Part shown: one piece after another, positions 36,136 to 48,444 of the stretch
Layout: the number at the start of each line of letters is the position of its first letter
Position numbering within the stretch: the first letter of the stretch is position 1
Assembly (NCBI GenBank): GCA_045601475.1
Contig: JAZRZT010000073.1
Span: 1 to 57,849, forward strand
Direction of reading: 5' to 3'
Source: Faecousia sp.
GTDB lineage: Bacteria > Bacillota > Clostridia > Oscillospirales > Oscillospiraceae
DNA length: 57,849 nucleotides
Translations under genes and position numbers: made by a program
Notes under the pieces: model-generated
Database searches by the model: none
What the model saw: only the letters and a program-made list of their open reading frames with translations
Told to the model about the DNA's origin: nothing

Positions 36136-38778
36136 ATGGCAAGAGAACTGCCGAAGGTGTATGAACCCCAGCAGGTGGAAAACAAGATCTACAAAATGTG
36201 GGAGGAGAACGGTCACTTCAAGCCCCGTCATGGAAAGGACGCGAAGCCCTTTACCATCGTTATGCCCCCTCCCAATGTTACCGGCCAGCTGCATATGGGT
36301 CATGCCATGGATGCGACACTGCAGGATACTTTGATCCGCTTTAAGCGTATGCAGGGTTATAATGCCCTGTGGGTGCCCGGTGTGGACCACGCCGGTATCG
36401 CTACCCAGATCAAGGTGGAAGAGGAGCTGCGCGTGAAAGAGGGCCTGACCCGCTATGATCTGGGTCGTGAGAAGTTTTTAGAGAAGGTCTGGGACTGGAA
36501 GCATAAATACGGCAACCGTATTGTGGAACAGCAGAAGAAGTTAGGCGCTTCCTGTGATTGGGATCGTGCCCGCTTTACTATGGACGAAGGCTGCTCCAAT
36601 GCTGTCCGTGAAGTGTTTGTTTCTCTGTACGAGAAGGGTCTCATCTATAAGGGCAGCCGCATCATCAACTGGTGCCCCCACTGCGTCACCGCACTGTCCG
36701 ATGCAGAGGTCGAGTATGTGGACAAGCCCGGTCACTTGTGGCATATCCGTTACCCCCTGACTGACGGTACCGGTGAGGTGGTTGTGGCCACCACCCGTCC
36801 TGAGACTATGCTGGGTGATACCGGTGTCTGCGTAAACCCCAACGATGAGCGGTATACCGCGATCGTAGGTAAGACTGTCACATTGCCTTTGGTGAACAAG
36901 ACGATCCCTATCGTTGCCGACGACTATGCCGAAATGGAATTCGGTACCGGCTGCGTGAAAATGACGCCTGCTCATGACCCCAACGACTTTGAGGTCGGCC
37001 TGCGCCACAATTTGGAAGTTATCCGCGTGCTGGATGACAATGGCGTTGTCAATGCCTACGGCGGCAAGTATGAGGGTATGGACCGTTACGAGGCCCGTAA
37101 GGCGATTGTTGCCGACCTGGAGGAACAGGGCTACCTGGTTAAGATCGAAGATCACGCCCATAACGTGGGCACCTGCTACCGCTGCCACAACGATGTAGAG
37201 CCCATCATTTCTGCCCAGTGGTTCGTGAAGATGAAGCCCTTGGCAGAGGAAGCAATTCGCGTGGTAAAGGAGAACGAAACCAAGTTTGTTCCCGAGCGCT
37301 TCAGCAAGACATACCTCAATTGGATGGAGAATGTCCGTGACTGGTGTATCTCCCGTCAGCTGTGGTGGGGCCATCAGATTCCCGCATGGACTTGTGAGGA
37401 GTGCGGTCATATCACTGTCTCCCGTGAAGATGCCTGCGCCTGCGAAAAGTGTGGCAGCACCAAGATCGAGCGGGATCCCGATGTACTGGACACTTGGTTC
37501 TCTTCCGCTTTGTGGCCCTTCGAGACCCTGGGTTGGCCCGAAATGACCGAGGACCTGGATTATTTCTATCCCACCGATGTGCTGGTCACCGGTTATGATA
37601 TTATCTTCTTCTGGGTGGCCAGAATGATCTTCTCCGGCTGTGAGCACACCGGAAAGACACCTTTCCACACGGTCCTGATTCACGGCCTTGTCCGTGATGA
37701 CAAGGGTCGCAAGATGTCCAAGTCTTTGGGCAACGGCATTGATCCTCTGGAAATGATTGAGCAGTACGGCTGTGACGCCCTGCGTATGAACATGGTTACC
37801 GGCAATTCTCCCGGAAACGACATGCGTTTCTATGTGGAGCGCTGCGAGGCAATGCGTAACTTTGCCAACAAGCTGTGGAATGCCAGCTGTTATGTGCTGA
37901 TGAATCTGCCTGAGGATGCCAAGAATGCGCTGCCCGCTGTGGATGCTCTGACTACGGCAGATAAGTGGGTCATCTCCAAGCTGAACAAGCTGATTGCTGA
38001 GGTCACCGAGAATCTGGAGAAATACGAGTTGGGTGTGGCTATTCAGAAGGTTTACGACTTCCTGTGGGATACCTACTGCGATTGATATATCGAACTGACT
38101 AAATCCCGCCTGTACAGCGACAATGAGCAGACCAAGCAGACTGCTCTGCAGGTGTTGGTGTATGTTCTGGACCAGACTCTGCGCCTTCTGCATCCTTTCA
38201 TGCCTTTCATCACGGAGGAGATCTGGCAGAGCCTGCCTCACGAGGGCGAGGCGCTGATCATTGCAGATTGGCCCAAGTATCGTGAAGACCTTGCCTTTAA
38301 GGCAGAGGAAGATCTCATGGAGTCTGTGATGAATGCAATCCGCGCCATCCGTAACCGCCGCGCCGAAATGAACGTGCCTCCTTCCAAGAAGGCAGCTCTG
38401 TTCGTGGTGACTTCCAAGCCACAGGTATTTGCCGAGGGCGAGGGCTTCATTCAGCGTCTGGCTTATGCCGACAGTGTTTCTATCCTTGACAAAGAGCCGG
38501 ATAACATCGATGGTATGGTCTGCTGCACCACTGCAGATGCAAAGCTGTATATCCCCATGGGTCAGCTGGTGGATGTGGCCAAGGAACTGGAGCGAATCGC
38601 CAAGGAGCTGGAAAAAGCAAGAAAGAATCTTGCTTCCATTGAAGGCAAACTATCCAATGAGAAGTTCACCGCCCGAGCACCTGAGAATGTGGTTGCCGCG
38701 GAGCGGGAAAAGGCCGCCAAGGCCCGGGATCTGATTGCACAGCTTGAAGAAAGCGAAGCTGCAATGAAGAAGCTGTAA
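36136..38778 (+). CDS. valS: Valine--tRNA ligase, interrupted by an in-frame TGA at 38083-38085
   Basis: [29 protein letters not shown]; reading frame continues past YCD*YIE into the anticodon-binding and coiled-coil domains. Confidence 0.96.
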
Positions 38779-38787
38779 GAATTTAAT

Positions 38788-38827
38788 AAATGACACGCAA
38801 ACCAATGGTTTGCGTGTCATTTTTTTA
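38788..38827 (+). terminator. Intrinsic terminator after valS
   Basis: AAATGACACGCAAACC-aat-GGTTTGCGTGTCATTT plus U-tract. Confidence 0.9.
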
Positions 38828-38897
38828 TTTCAGCCCAATTACGACGGCAAAGACTATTTGCTTTGCATTATTCTACGGGATGTAAGGAGGTAACAGC

Positions 38898-39215
38898 ATG
38901 AGATTGACAAGTTTTTTGGATAACGGCAGTTTAACGGTGGTTTTGACGGGAGAGATCGACCACCACTGTGCAAAGGCACTGATTCAGGGGATCGAGGGGA
39001 AAATTGAGGCATATAAACCCCATAGCTGCACCCTGGACTTTCAGGAAGTGACATTCATGGATTCTTCCGGAATTGCGGTGGTAATTAATACATTACGGAC
39101 AATGACGCGAATCGACGGAGAACTGTTTCTGACAGGTCTGCAAAGTCAACCCATGAAGGTGTTTCGGGCATCGGGAGTCGATAAGTTAGTGCACATAAAG
39201 GAGGCGGTTTTATGA
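38898..39215 (+). CDS. spoIIAA: Anti-sigma F factor antagonist
   Basis: GEIDHH, FMDSSGI STAS motifs; operon position. Confidence 0.93.
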   Translation: MRLTSFLDNGSLTVVLTGEIDHHCAKALIQGIEGKIEAYKPHSCTLDFQEVTFMDSSGIAVVINTLRTMTRIDGELFLTGLQSQPMKVFRASGVDKLVHIKEAVL

Positions 39216-39643
39216 AATTTGATAACTACATGATTCTGGAAATTCCCAGTAAATCCACAAATGAAAGTTTTGCCCGTTCTGCGGTGGCCTGCTTCGCCGC
39301 CCAGCTTGACCCTACGATGGAGGAGTTGGGTGACATTCGAACAGCAGTTTCGGAGGCTGTGACCAATGCCATTGTCCACGCTTATCCGGATGAGTACGGC
39401 ATCATTACTATCCGTTGCCGTATTCTCAAAGATAATATTTTAGATATCGTCATCAAAGATAAGGGCGTGGGAATTGGAAACATTGAACAAGCCATGCGGC
39501 CTATGTTCACTACCGGTGGTACTGACAGAAGCGGCATGGGTTTTACGATCATGGAAAGCTTCATGACTACCTTTGAGGTCGTATCTGAGCCGGGGAAGGG
39601 CACAACGGTACATATGCGCAGACGACTGCAGCGGCGTAAATGA
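39212..39643 (+). CDS. spoIIAB: Anti-sigma F factor kinase
   Basis: NESFAR, TAVSEAVTNAIVHAY, RSGMGFTIME. Confidence 0.96.
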   Translation: MKFDNYMILEIPSKSTNESFARSAVACFAAQLDPTMEELGDIRTAVSEAVTNAIVHAYPDEYGIITIRCRILKDNILDIVIKDKGVGIGNIEQAMRPMFTTGGTDRSGMGFTIMESFMTTFEVVSEPGKGTTVHMRRRLQRRK

Positions 39644-40344
39644 GCAGAATGGAAGAACTCATCGCCCGCAGTCAGGCGGGGGATATAAAGGCAAAGGAAT
39701 TGTTGGTAGAGGAAAATTCGGGTCTGATTTGGTCAGTGGCGAAGCGGTTTTTAGGCCGTGGAACGGAAGCTGACGATCTGTACCAAATTGGTTGCGTTGG
39801 ATTTTTAAAAGCCATAGAAGGGTTTGATCCGGACTACGGCACCCAATTCTCAACCTATGCTGTGCCAAAGATCACCGGGGAGATCCGGCGATTTCTTCGA
39901 GATGACGGTGCGGTTAAGGTGTCTCGCAGTATCAAAGAGCGGGCTGCGACGATCAAAAAAGCACGGGGAGAATTAACAAACGCACTGGGACGAGAGCCGA
40001 CAATTTCGGAAATTATAGAACATACCGGCTTTACTGTGGATGAAATTGAAACCGCAGAGCAGGCGACCGCTTTTGTGGAATCCATACAACAGGAAAATGG
40101 GGAAGATGGGTTTTCTCTTGAGAATATTCTTTCTGACACGGATTCTGAGGAGACGGTACTGGAAAAAATGGCGTTGCGTCAAGCGATTGACAATCTCCCT
40201 GAGCGGGAGTCAATGGTCATTCGTTTACGGTATTATCACGGCCTTACCCAAGAGAAAATCTCTAAAATTCTATCTGTCAGTCAGGTCCAGGTTTCCCGCA
40301 TTGAGAAGAAGGCGTTGCAGCGGCTAAATGAACTTTTGCGGTAA
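39640..40344 (+). CDS. sigF: Sporulation sigma factor F
   Basis: FSTYAVPKITGEIRRFLRDDG..KVSR, SQVQVSRIEKK; third gene of the spoIIA operon. Confidence 0.93.
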   Translation: MSRMEELIARSQAGDIKAKELLVEENSGLIWSVAKRFLGRGTEADDLYQIGCVGFLKAIEGFDPDYGTQFSTYAVPKITGEIRRFLRDDGAVKVSRSIKERAATIKKARGELTNALGREPTISEIIEHTGFTVDEIETAEQATAFVESIQQENGEDGFSLENILSDTDSEETVLEKMALRQAIDNLPERESMVIRLRYYHGLTQEKISKILSVSQVQVSRIEKKALQRLNELLR

Positions 40345-40411
40345 TTTGTCCTTTACCTTTTGACTTAAATAGAGTAAAATGTACCTATCAACCAAATTGT
40401 AAGGTGCAGCT

Positions 40412-42811
40412 ATGAATGAACTGATGTTAGATAGATTTATAAAGGCCAGACGCCGCTATATTGCTGGAAAGTTTAAGAACTTGAACAACATGCAGCAAGA
40501 GGCGGTTTTGACAACAGAAGGGCCGCTGTTGCTCCTGGCAGGTGCCGGCAGCGGTAAGACCACTGTTTTGATCAACAGGATCGCCAATCTTTTAAAATTT
40601 GGCAGAGGCAGCGATTCCAATGAGGTGCCGGATACGGTTACCGATGATGATGTGCTGTTTCTGGAGAATTTACCGGAGTCTCTTACGGAATTTGACGAAA
40701 GACGGGCGGACTATCTTTGCGCGGTGGAGCCACCGCAGCCTTGGAATGTGATTGCCATTACCTTTACCAACAAGGCGGCCAACGAACTTAAGGAACGCCT
40801 GACGGATATGCTGGGCCCGGAGGCCCAGGATGTTTGGGCTATGACCTTCCACTCCGCATGCTGCCGTATTTTGCGGCGGGATATCGAGTGCATGGGTTAT
40901 ACCCGCAGCTTTACCATCTACGATACCGCTGACTCTGAGCGGCTTATGAAGGATATTATCCGGGAAATGGGCCTGGATGATAAGACGTTTCCTGCTAAAT
41001 ATGTTTTGAACATCATCAGCCGGGAAAAGGACAAGATGGTGGGTCCCAAGGAGATGATGGAGCACATCGAGATGTCCAACGATATGCGCCTTTACCATGT
41101 GGCAAAAGCATATGCCACCTATCAGAAGAAATTAAAGGAAAACAACGCGCTGGACTTCGATGATATCATTTTTGTCACAGTGCGGCTCTTGCAGGAACAC
41201 GAGGATGTGCGTACATTTTACCAGCGGAAATTCCGCTATGTATTGGTGGATGAGTACCAGGATACCAATACCATGCAGTACTTACTTACATCGCTCCTTG
41301 CAGGCGGTTATGAAAATGTCTGCGTGGTAGGCGACGACGATCAAAGTATCTATCGTTTCCGTGGCGCTACTATCGAAAATATCCTGAATTTTGAGAAGCA
41401 GTACCGTGGCTCCCGTGTCATTCGTTTGGAGCAGAACTACCGCTCCACTCAGTCTATTCTGAACGCTGCCAATGCGGTGATCGCCCATAACCTTGGACGC
41501 AAGGGCAAGCACCTCTGGACCTCCAATGACTGCGGCGATCCCATTACTGTGTATGAGGCCAACGACGAGGGCGCGGAGGCCAATTATGTGGCCGGTCAGA
41601 TTATCACCGGCTCCAAAGGAAAAGACTTTAAAGACTACGCTATCCTTTACAGGACCAACGCCCAATCCAATGCGCTGGAATTCGCCATGAAGCGAAATGG
41701 TATTCCGTATCGCGTGATCGGCGGCATGCGGTTCTTTGACCGCGCGGAAGTGAAGGATATGCTGTCCTACCTTTGCGTGATCAACAACCGCAAGGACGAT
41801 CTTCGCCTGCGCCGTATTATCAACAATCCTCCCAGAGGTTTGGGTGCTAAGGCACTGGAAGAGGCGGAGCGGATGGCTCTGGCGGAAGGGGAAGGGCTGT
41901 ATCATGTGATCAGCGATCCGGATGCGTACGGCCCTTTGCAGAAGAACGCAAAGAAGTTCAAAAGTTTTACCCAGATCATTGAAGAATTGGACGAGCTGCT
42001 GGAAAACGGTATGAGTCTGCCGGAATTCTACGATGAAGTGATGCGCCGGACCGGATATGCCGAGGCTCTGGAGCTGAAGCCTACGGAAGAGAACAAGACC
42101 CGATTGGAGAACATCCGTGAGTTAAAATCCAGCATCCATGCCTATGTACAAAATGCGGATGTACCCACCCTCGCTGGCTTCTTGGAAGAAATCGCCTTGT
42201 ACACGGATTTGGAGCAGTATAATGAGGGGGATGATGCGGTGGTCATGATGACCATGCACTCTGCCAAGGGCCTGGAATTTCCCAATGTATTTTTAGTTGG
42301 ATTTGAGGATGGCCTATTCCCCGGTATGCGCGCCATCGGCGACCATGAGGAGATGGAAGAAGAACGCCGCCTCTGCTATGTGGCCATTACCCGCGCAAAG
42401 GAGAAACTTACCATCTCTCATGCCCGTCAGAGAATGCTCTATGGACGGACTAGCGCATCGCTTCCCTCCCGTTTCCTCAAGGAGATACCGGAAGATATTG
42501 TGATGAAGAAGGGTAGTTACCATCCAACCTATACGAATTCCTATTCTGTGCCGCCCGCCAGAACATCCAATCCTTATGGTGCATATAAGGCACCTGCCGG
42601 CGACTTCTCTAAATTCGCACCTCAATCTAAGGCAACGCCTGTGATTGATTTCAACAAGGGTGATATGGTCCAGCACACGGCGTTTGGTAAGGGCATGGTG
42701 CTCTCTGTGATGAAAATGGGCGGTGACGCGCTGTTGGAGATCGCCTTTGACGAAATTGGCACAAAGCGGCTAATGGCCAAGACCGCCAGCGCGCATATGA
42801 AACGCCTGTAA
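40412..42811 (+). CDS. pcrA: ATP-dependent DNA helicase PcrA/UvrD
   Basis: AGAGSGKT, VDEYQDTN, GDDDQSIY.FRGA, HSAKGLEF, EERRLCYVAITRA. Confidence 0.96.
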   Translation: MNELMLDRFIKARRRYIAGKFKNLNNMQQEAVLTTEGPLLLLAGAGSGKTTVLINRIANLLKFGRGSDSNEVPDTVTDDDVLFLENLPESLTEFDERRADYLCAVEPPQPWNVIAITFTNKAANELKERLTDMLGPEAQDVWAMTFHSACCRILRRDIECMGYTRSFTIYDTADSERLMKDIIREMGLDDKTFPAKYVLNIISREKDKMVGPKEMMEHIEMSNDMRLYHVAKAYATYQKKLKENNALDFDDIIFVTVRLLQEHEDVRTFYQRKFRYVLVDEYQDTNTMQYLLTSLLAGGYENVCVVGDDDQSIYRFRGATIENILNFEKQYRGSRVIRLEQNYRSTQSILNAANAVIAHNLGRKGKHLWTSNDCGDPITVYEANDEGAEANYVAGQIITGSKGKDFKDYAILYRTNAQSNALEFAMKRNGIPYRVIGGMRFFDRAEVKDMLSYLCVINNRKDDLRLRRIINNPPRGLGAKALEEAERMALAEGEGLYHVISDPDAYGPLQKNAKKFKSFTQIIEELDELLENGMSLPEFYDEVMRRTGYAEALELKPTEENKTRLENIRELKSSIHAYVQNADVPTLAGFLEEIALYTDLEQYNEGDDAVVMMTMHSAKGLEFPNVFLVGFEDGLFPGMRAIGDHEEMEEERRLCYVAITRAKEKLTISHARQRMLYGRTSASLPSRFLKEIPEDIVMKKGSYHPTYTNSYSVPPARTSNPYGAYKAPAGDFSKFAPQSKATPVIDFNKGDMVQHTAFGKGMVLSVMKMGGDALLEIAFDEIGTKRLMAKTASAHMKRL

Positions 42812-42837
42812 CGCATAGAATCCCTGGGAGGGATTCT

Positions 42838-42840
<3 letters not shown>
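42793..42840 (+). promoter_or_regulatory. SigE-like promoter for yunB overlapping a 12-bp RBS-sequestering hairpin
   Basis: GCATAT(42793)-15 nt-CATAGAAT(42814); perfect inverted repeat CATAGAATCCCT-ggg-AGGGATTCTATG. Confidence 0.7.
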
Positions 42841-45436
<2,596 letters not shown>

Positions 45437-45441
45437 ATGAG

Positions 45442-45477
45442 ACACCCCGAAAGCCTGAGGCTTTCGGGGTGTATTTT
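45442..45477. terminator. Terminator between ligA and the convergent gene
   Basis: ACACCCCGAAAGCC-tga-GGCTTTCGGGGTGT. Confidence 0.85.
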
Positions 45478-46060
45478 ATGGATCTGCGTCAACGGATTGA
45501 AATTTGTGTTCCCGTTTGGCATAGGTGATACAGTAATCGGCAAAGGAGATCGCCATAAAGAGAAGGTCTATCACGGTGATCAATACCACATATTGGTAGG
45601 GAAGGTCAGGCATCATCACCATGAGAATCAAACTGATAAAGAGCACCGTGGTGCAGATCTTACCGGAAAGCTGTGCGCCTTTAAGCATAATGCCCTTGTG
45701 AAGATTGACAGCACCTGCGATCAGTTGAAATCCCTCTTTGATGACAAAAAGGAGGATGAGCCCCTGCAGAACAGGATATTTTACAGACAGACAGACGATC
45801 AGTGTAAACTGGGTGGCCTTATCCGCCAGGGGGTCGAGAATTTTGCCCACGTTGGATATCATATTAAAATGCCGTGCAATCTTTCCGTCGATCAGGTCAG
45901 TCAGACAGGAGACAGCCAAAATCATGGCTGCCACAAAATAGTCCATACTGCTGTCAGCTTTTAAGTAAATTGCTACATAAACAGGAATCAAAGCAAGCCG
46001 AAACAGGCTTAGAAGATTCGGTATGGTAATAAGTTCTTTTTTCCAATTATCCAGGCGCAT
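45476..46060 (-). CDS. CDP-alcohol phosphatidyltransferase (PgsA-like)
   Basis: TIPNLLSLFR, TDLIDGKIAR....S..GKILDPLADK. Confidence 0.92.
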   Translation of the reverse strand: MRLDNWKKELITIPNLLSLFRLALIPVYVAIYLKADSSMDYFVAAMILAVSCLTDLIDGKIARHFNMISNVGKILDPLADKATQFTLIVCLSVKYPVLQGLILLFVIKEGFQLIAGAVNLHKGIMLKGAQLSGKICTTVLFISLILMVMMPDLPYQYVVLITVIDLLFMAISFADYCITYAKREHKFQSVDADP

Positions 46061-46163
46061 CCATATTCCTCCAAAGAAGTTGATTCCTGTATATCATACC
46101 CGGATTATATCGGTTTCTTACGGCCGTTTCAATAAACAATGTGTAAACTTTACATAAATTTAT

Positions 46164-46712
46164 TTATTGTTCGGTGCTCCTTTCAACCCGCATGTTGTGA
46201 TGGGCGTTTAGCGTAAAATGCCGGACAAGGTATTTCCAGGTGTTGCGGTCCAACTCGCCGGTTTCAGCCAGCCTAGCCAATTTTTGAAAGGCAATCAGAG
46301 CTTCCACAGTCTCCCGGTCAAGGATGCCGTTGTGGGGCGGTGTGTTGATGCTGGCATTATCGATGGAAAGTTGGGTCAAAATGCTTTGCAACAGATAGAT
46401 GTAGGGGTTGCTGTCACCCAGGCGGTATACAACTGCCGGGTCCAAAAGAATTTCAATAGGCTCGGCTTTTTCTACCCGTACCCGGGCGTCGTCGTATGCA
46501 TCGGCAATCGTATCCCAAGTCCGCTGGTCGGTGACGCCGGTGACCGGGATGGCGTTGTTTCGTTGAAAGGTGGCCACGGCCTGCATGGTCGTGGGGCCGT
46601 AGATCCCATCCGGCACGACGGTTGGATATCTTCTGTCATCTTCAGCCAGGACCCGGAGCATGGTCTGCAGGCTTCTGACAGGCTGTTCTACAAATGTGGC
46701 GTCCGGTCTCAT
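46164..46712 (-). CDS. Protein made of two peptidoglycan-binding domains
   Basis: V..LQ.ML..DGIYGPTT..AV..FQ...GVTD..TW and a second copy; ATGA overlap with the sleC-like gene. Confidence 0.85.
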   Translation of the reverse strand: MRPDATFVEQPVRSLQTMLRVLAEDDRRYPTVVPDGIYGPTTMQAVATFQRNNAIPVTGVTDQRTWDTIADAYDDARVRVEKAEPIEILLDPAVVYRLGDSNPYIYLLQSILTQLSIDNASINTPPHNGILDRETVEALIAFQKLARLAETGELDRNTWKYLVRHFTLNAHHNMRVERSTEQ

Positions 46713-47932
46713 CGTACCACCTCCTGGCTTATGGTGTCACGGGAACCACTGCTGAGATTGCGTCCTGGGAATTGGGTATGCAGGGATGTTCTGGCATACT
46801 GATTTCTGCCGTTTCTGTTTGTTCTGTTTGCACCGTTCGGGAAGTTTTCTCCGTTGCGGAATGTCACATTTTCAATGCCGGCAAATTGATCGTAAATGAG
46901 GTCCCAGGTTTGGGCGCCTACTGTGCCGGTTTCTGGGAGACGGAAGAATCTTTGGGCCGCCAATACAGCGGCTCGCGTACCTTGTCCGTAGATTCCGTCC
47001 ACGGAAACAGGGGGAATCTCAGAGATGCTGGATGAGAGCACAGAGAGCATATATTGAAGGAATCGCACTTTGTCTCCTGTATCGCCTGGTCCCAACCCAT
47101 TTGGCGGCGTCCAGCTGATGGAATAGAATTGCTGCCCCTGGCTGCGAAGCTCCGCAAGATCGGTAACTGCTGTATAAAGGCGGACTAACTCATACCATGT
47201 GCCGGGACCAACGATGCCGTCCGGCGTTAATCCAAATATCCGCTGAAAGGCGATAACCGCAGCCTCCGTCCTGCTGCCGAAAATTCCATCAACGGCAGGA
47301 ATCTTGGGAATTGCAGGATAATTTTGCGATATGCGGTTAAGAGAGGTTTGTACGACAACTACGCTTGGACCGCTGCTTCCCACACGCAACGGCGTACCGG
47401 GGTAAGAGGATGTGATTCCGCGGATTGGCGCGTTTACAACGGTTTCCACATTGCCGTAATAGCTCCTGAGGATCTGATCCGAGGTATAACCTTGCAGGGC
47501 GAGGTTCTGACTGCCCCATTGACTCAGACCCTCACAAGTCACGGTAGTGCCGTTGCAGAATTTAGCTGCCAAGGGTTCGACGAAGTTGGGACGGCGCAGG
47601 TAATCGTTGAACAGTTCATCCACCAGTCGGGATATGTTTTCAAAATAACTGCGACCGTTGACAAAATACTGGTCATAAGCAGTGTTGTTTGTGATATCGA
47701 AATCGTACCCCCGGCTTCTGTAAAACTCTGTGTACACCCGGTTTAGGGCAAAGGAAACGATGGCCAATATGTTTGCACGCAGGGCACTTTCATCCCAGGT
47801 AGGATAAATCTCGCTGGAAGCTACGTTTTTTATATAGTCTACAAAGGGTACAGTTACATTGGCTGCATTGGAGGATGGTGATCCCAAATGCACAGTGATC
47901 CTTTGTGGAACATAGGGAATGACCGTAGGCAT
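46709..47932 (-). CDS. sleC: SleC-like spore cortex lytic enzyme (catalytic domain plus two PG-binding domains, no pre/pro region)
   Basis: DYIKNVASSEIYPTW, SFALNRVYTEFYR, FCNG...C.GLSQWGS match my recollection of the clostridial SleC catalytic domain. Confidence 0.85.
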   Translation of the reverse strand: MPTVIPYVPQRITVHLGSPSSNAANVTVPFVDYIKNVASSEIYPTWDESALRANILAIVSFALNRVYTEFYRSRGYDFDITNNTAYDQYFVNGRSYFENISRLVDELFNDYLRRPNFVEPLAAKFCNGTTVTCEGLSQWGSQNLALQGYTSDQILRSYYGNVETVVNAPIRGITSSYPGTPLRVGSSGPSVVVVQTSLNRISQNYPAIPKIPAVDGIFGSRTEAAVIAFQRIFGLTPDGIVGPGTWYELVRLYTAVTDLAELRSQGQQFYSISWTPPNGLGPGDTGDKVRFLQYMLSVLSSSISEIPPVSVDGIYGQGTRAAVLAAQRFFRLPETGTVGAQTWDLIYDQFAGIENVTFRNGENFPNGANRTNRNGRNQYARTSLHTQFPGRNLSSGSRDTISQEVVR

Positions 47933-47943
47933 ATTGACACTCC

Positions 47944-48327
47944 TTATAAGTTTTGCGTTTGGGTATCAAAGATCTCCGCTTGATTCCAGGTCTCCGGGAA
48001 TTCAGACAGGGGAATCAGTTCCAAATCTTGGTTTGTCACAGTATCCGGGAATACCTGCAAATTCTCTATAATAATCTCCTCATAATCCGGTGCGCGGGCG
48101 TACAGATTCACAACAGCATAGGGAAGTATCCCTGTGTTGGGTGTTTGCCCGGCAGACAGATCCGGCACTTCCAACTGTACGGGTTCGTCCAATGTCCCGC
48201 TCCGGTTTGTCAGAAGTAGGGCTAGGGCATTGCCGTCGCTGTCGGTAATGGCCACAGCCGCATCCTCTACAGGAATCTGGGCATTCGTTGTGTATGCATG
48301 GACTTGTATGTAACCTACTGCGGACAC
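47944..48327 (-). CDS. Stand-alone SleC N-terminal pre-domain-like protein (carboxypeptidase-regulatory-like fold)
   Basis: G.IQV...P..DA.V.I, TN.SG, PY......A..YE.I.IE..QVF pattern resembles the N-terminus of clostridial SleC; GTG start with AGGAGG SD. Confidence 0.7.
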   Translation of the reverse strand: MSAVGYIQVHAYTTNAQIPVEDAAVAITDSDGNALALLLTNRSGTLDEPVQLEVPDLSAGQTPNTGILPYAVVNLYARAPDYEEIIIENLQVFPDTVTNQDLELIPLSEFPETWNQAEIFDTQTQNL

Positions 48328-48356
48328 ATAGCATTCCTCCTTTTAGGCGTTCTGTG

Positions 48357-48418
48357 TATGATATGATGGCAGATCGTCCTTTGTGCAGGCACATTTTCAA
48401 CCATTGCACATAAAATAG
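48357..48418. promoter_or_regulatory. Divergent mother-cell (SigK/SigE-like) promoters for the sleC operon and asnB
   Basis: Minus strand GCACA-16-CATATCATA (48357-48386); plus strand GCAC-16-CATAAAATA. Confidence 0.55.
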
Positions 48419-48444
48419 GATTGTTTTGAGAGGGGATGATTTTT

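Noticed and set aside
38083-38085. Genetic code 4/25 or selenocysteine recoding
   Set aside because: TGA is a normal stop in many genes here, the position is a Trp rather than a Cys, and no SECIS-like hairpin was evident
36541-38241. 566-aa minus-strand ORF opposite valS
   Set aside because: Codon-register antisense shadow with no protein-like motifs
38152-38778. Separate 208-aa gene after the valS stop
   Set aside because: Same frame as valS and encodes its C-terminal domains
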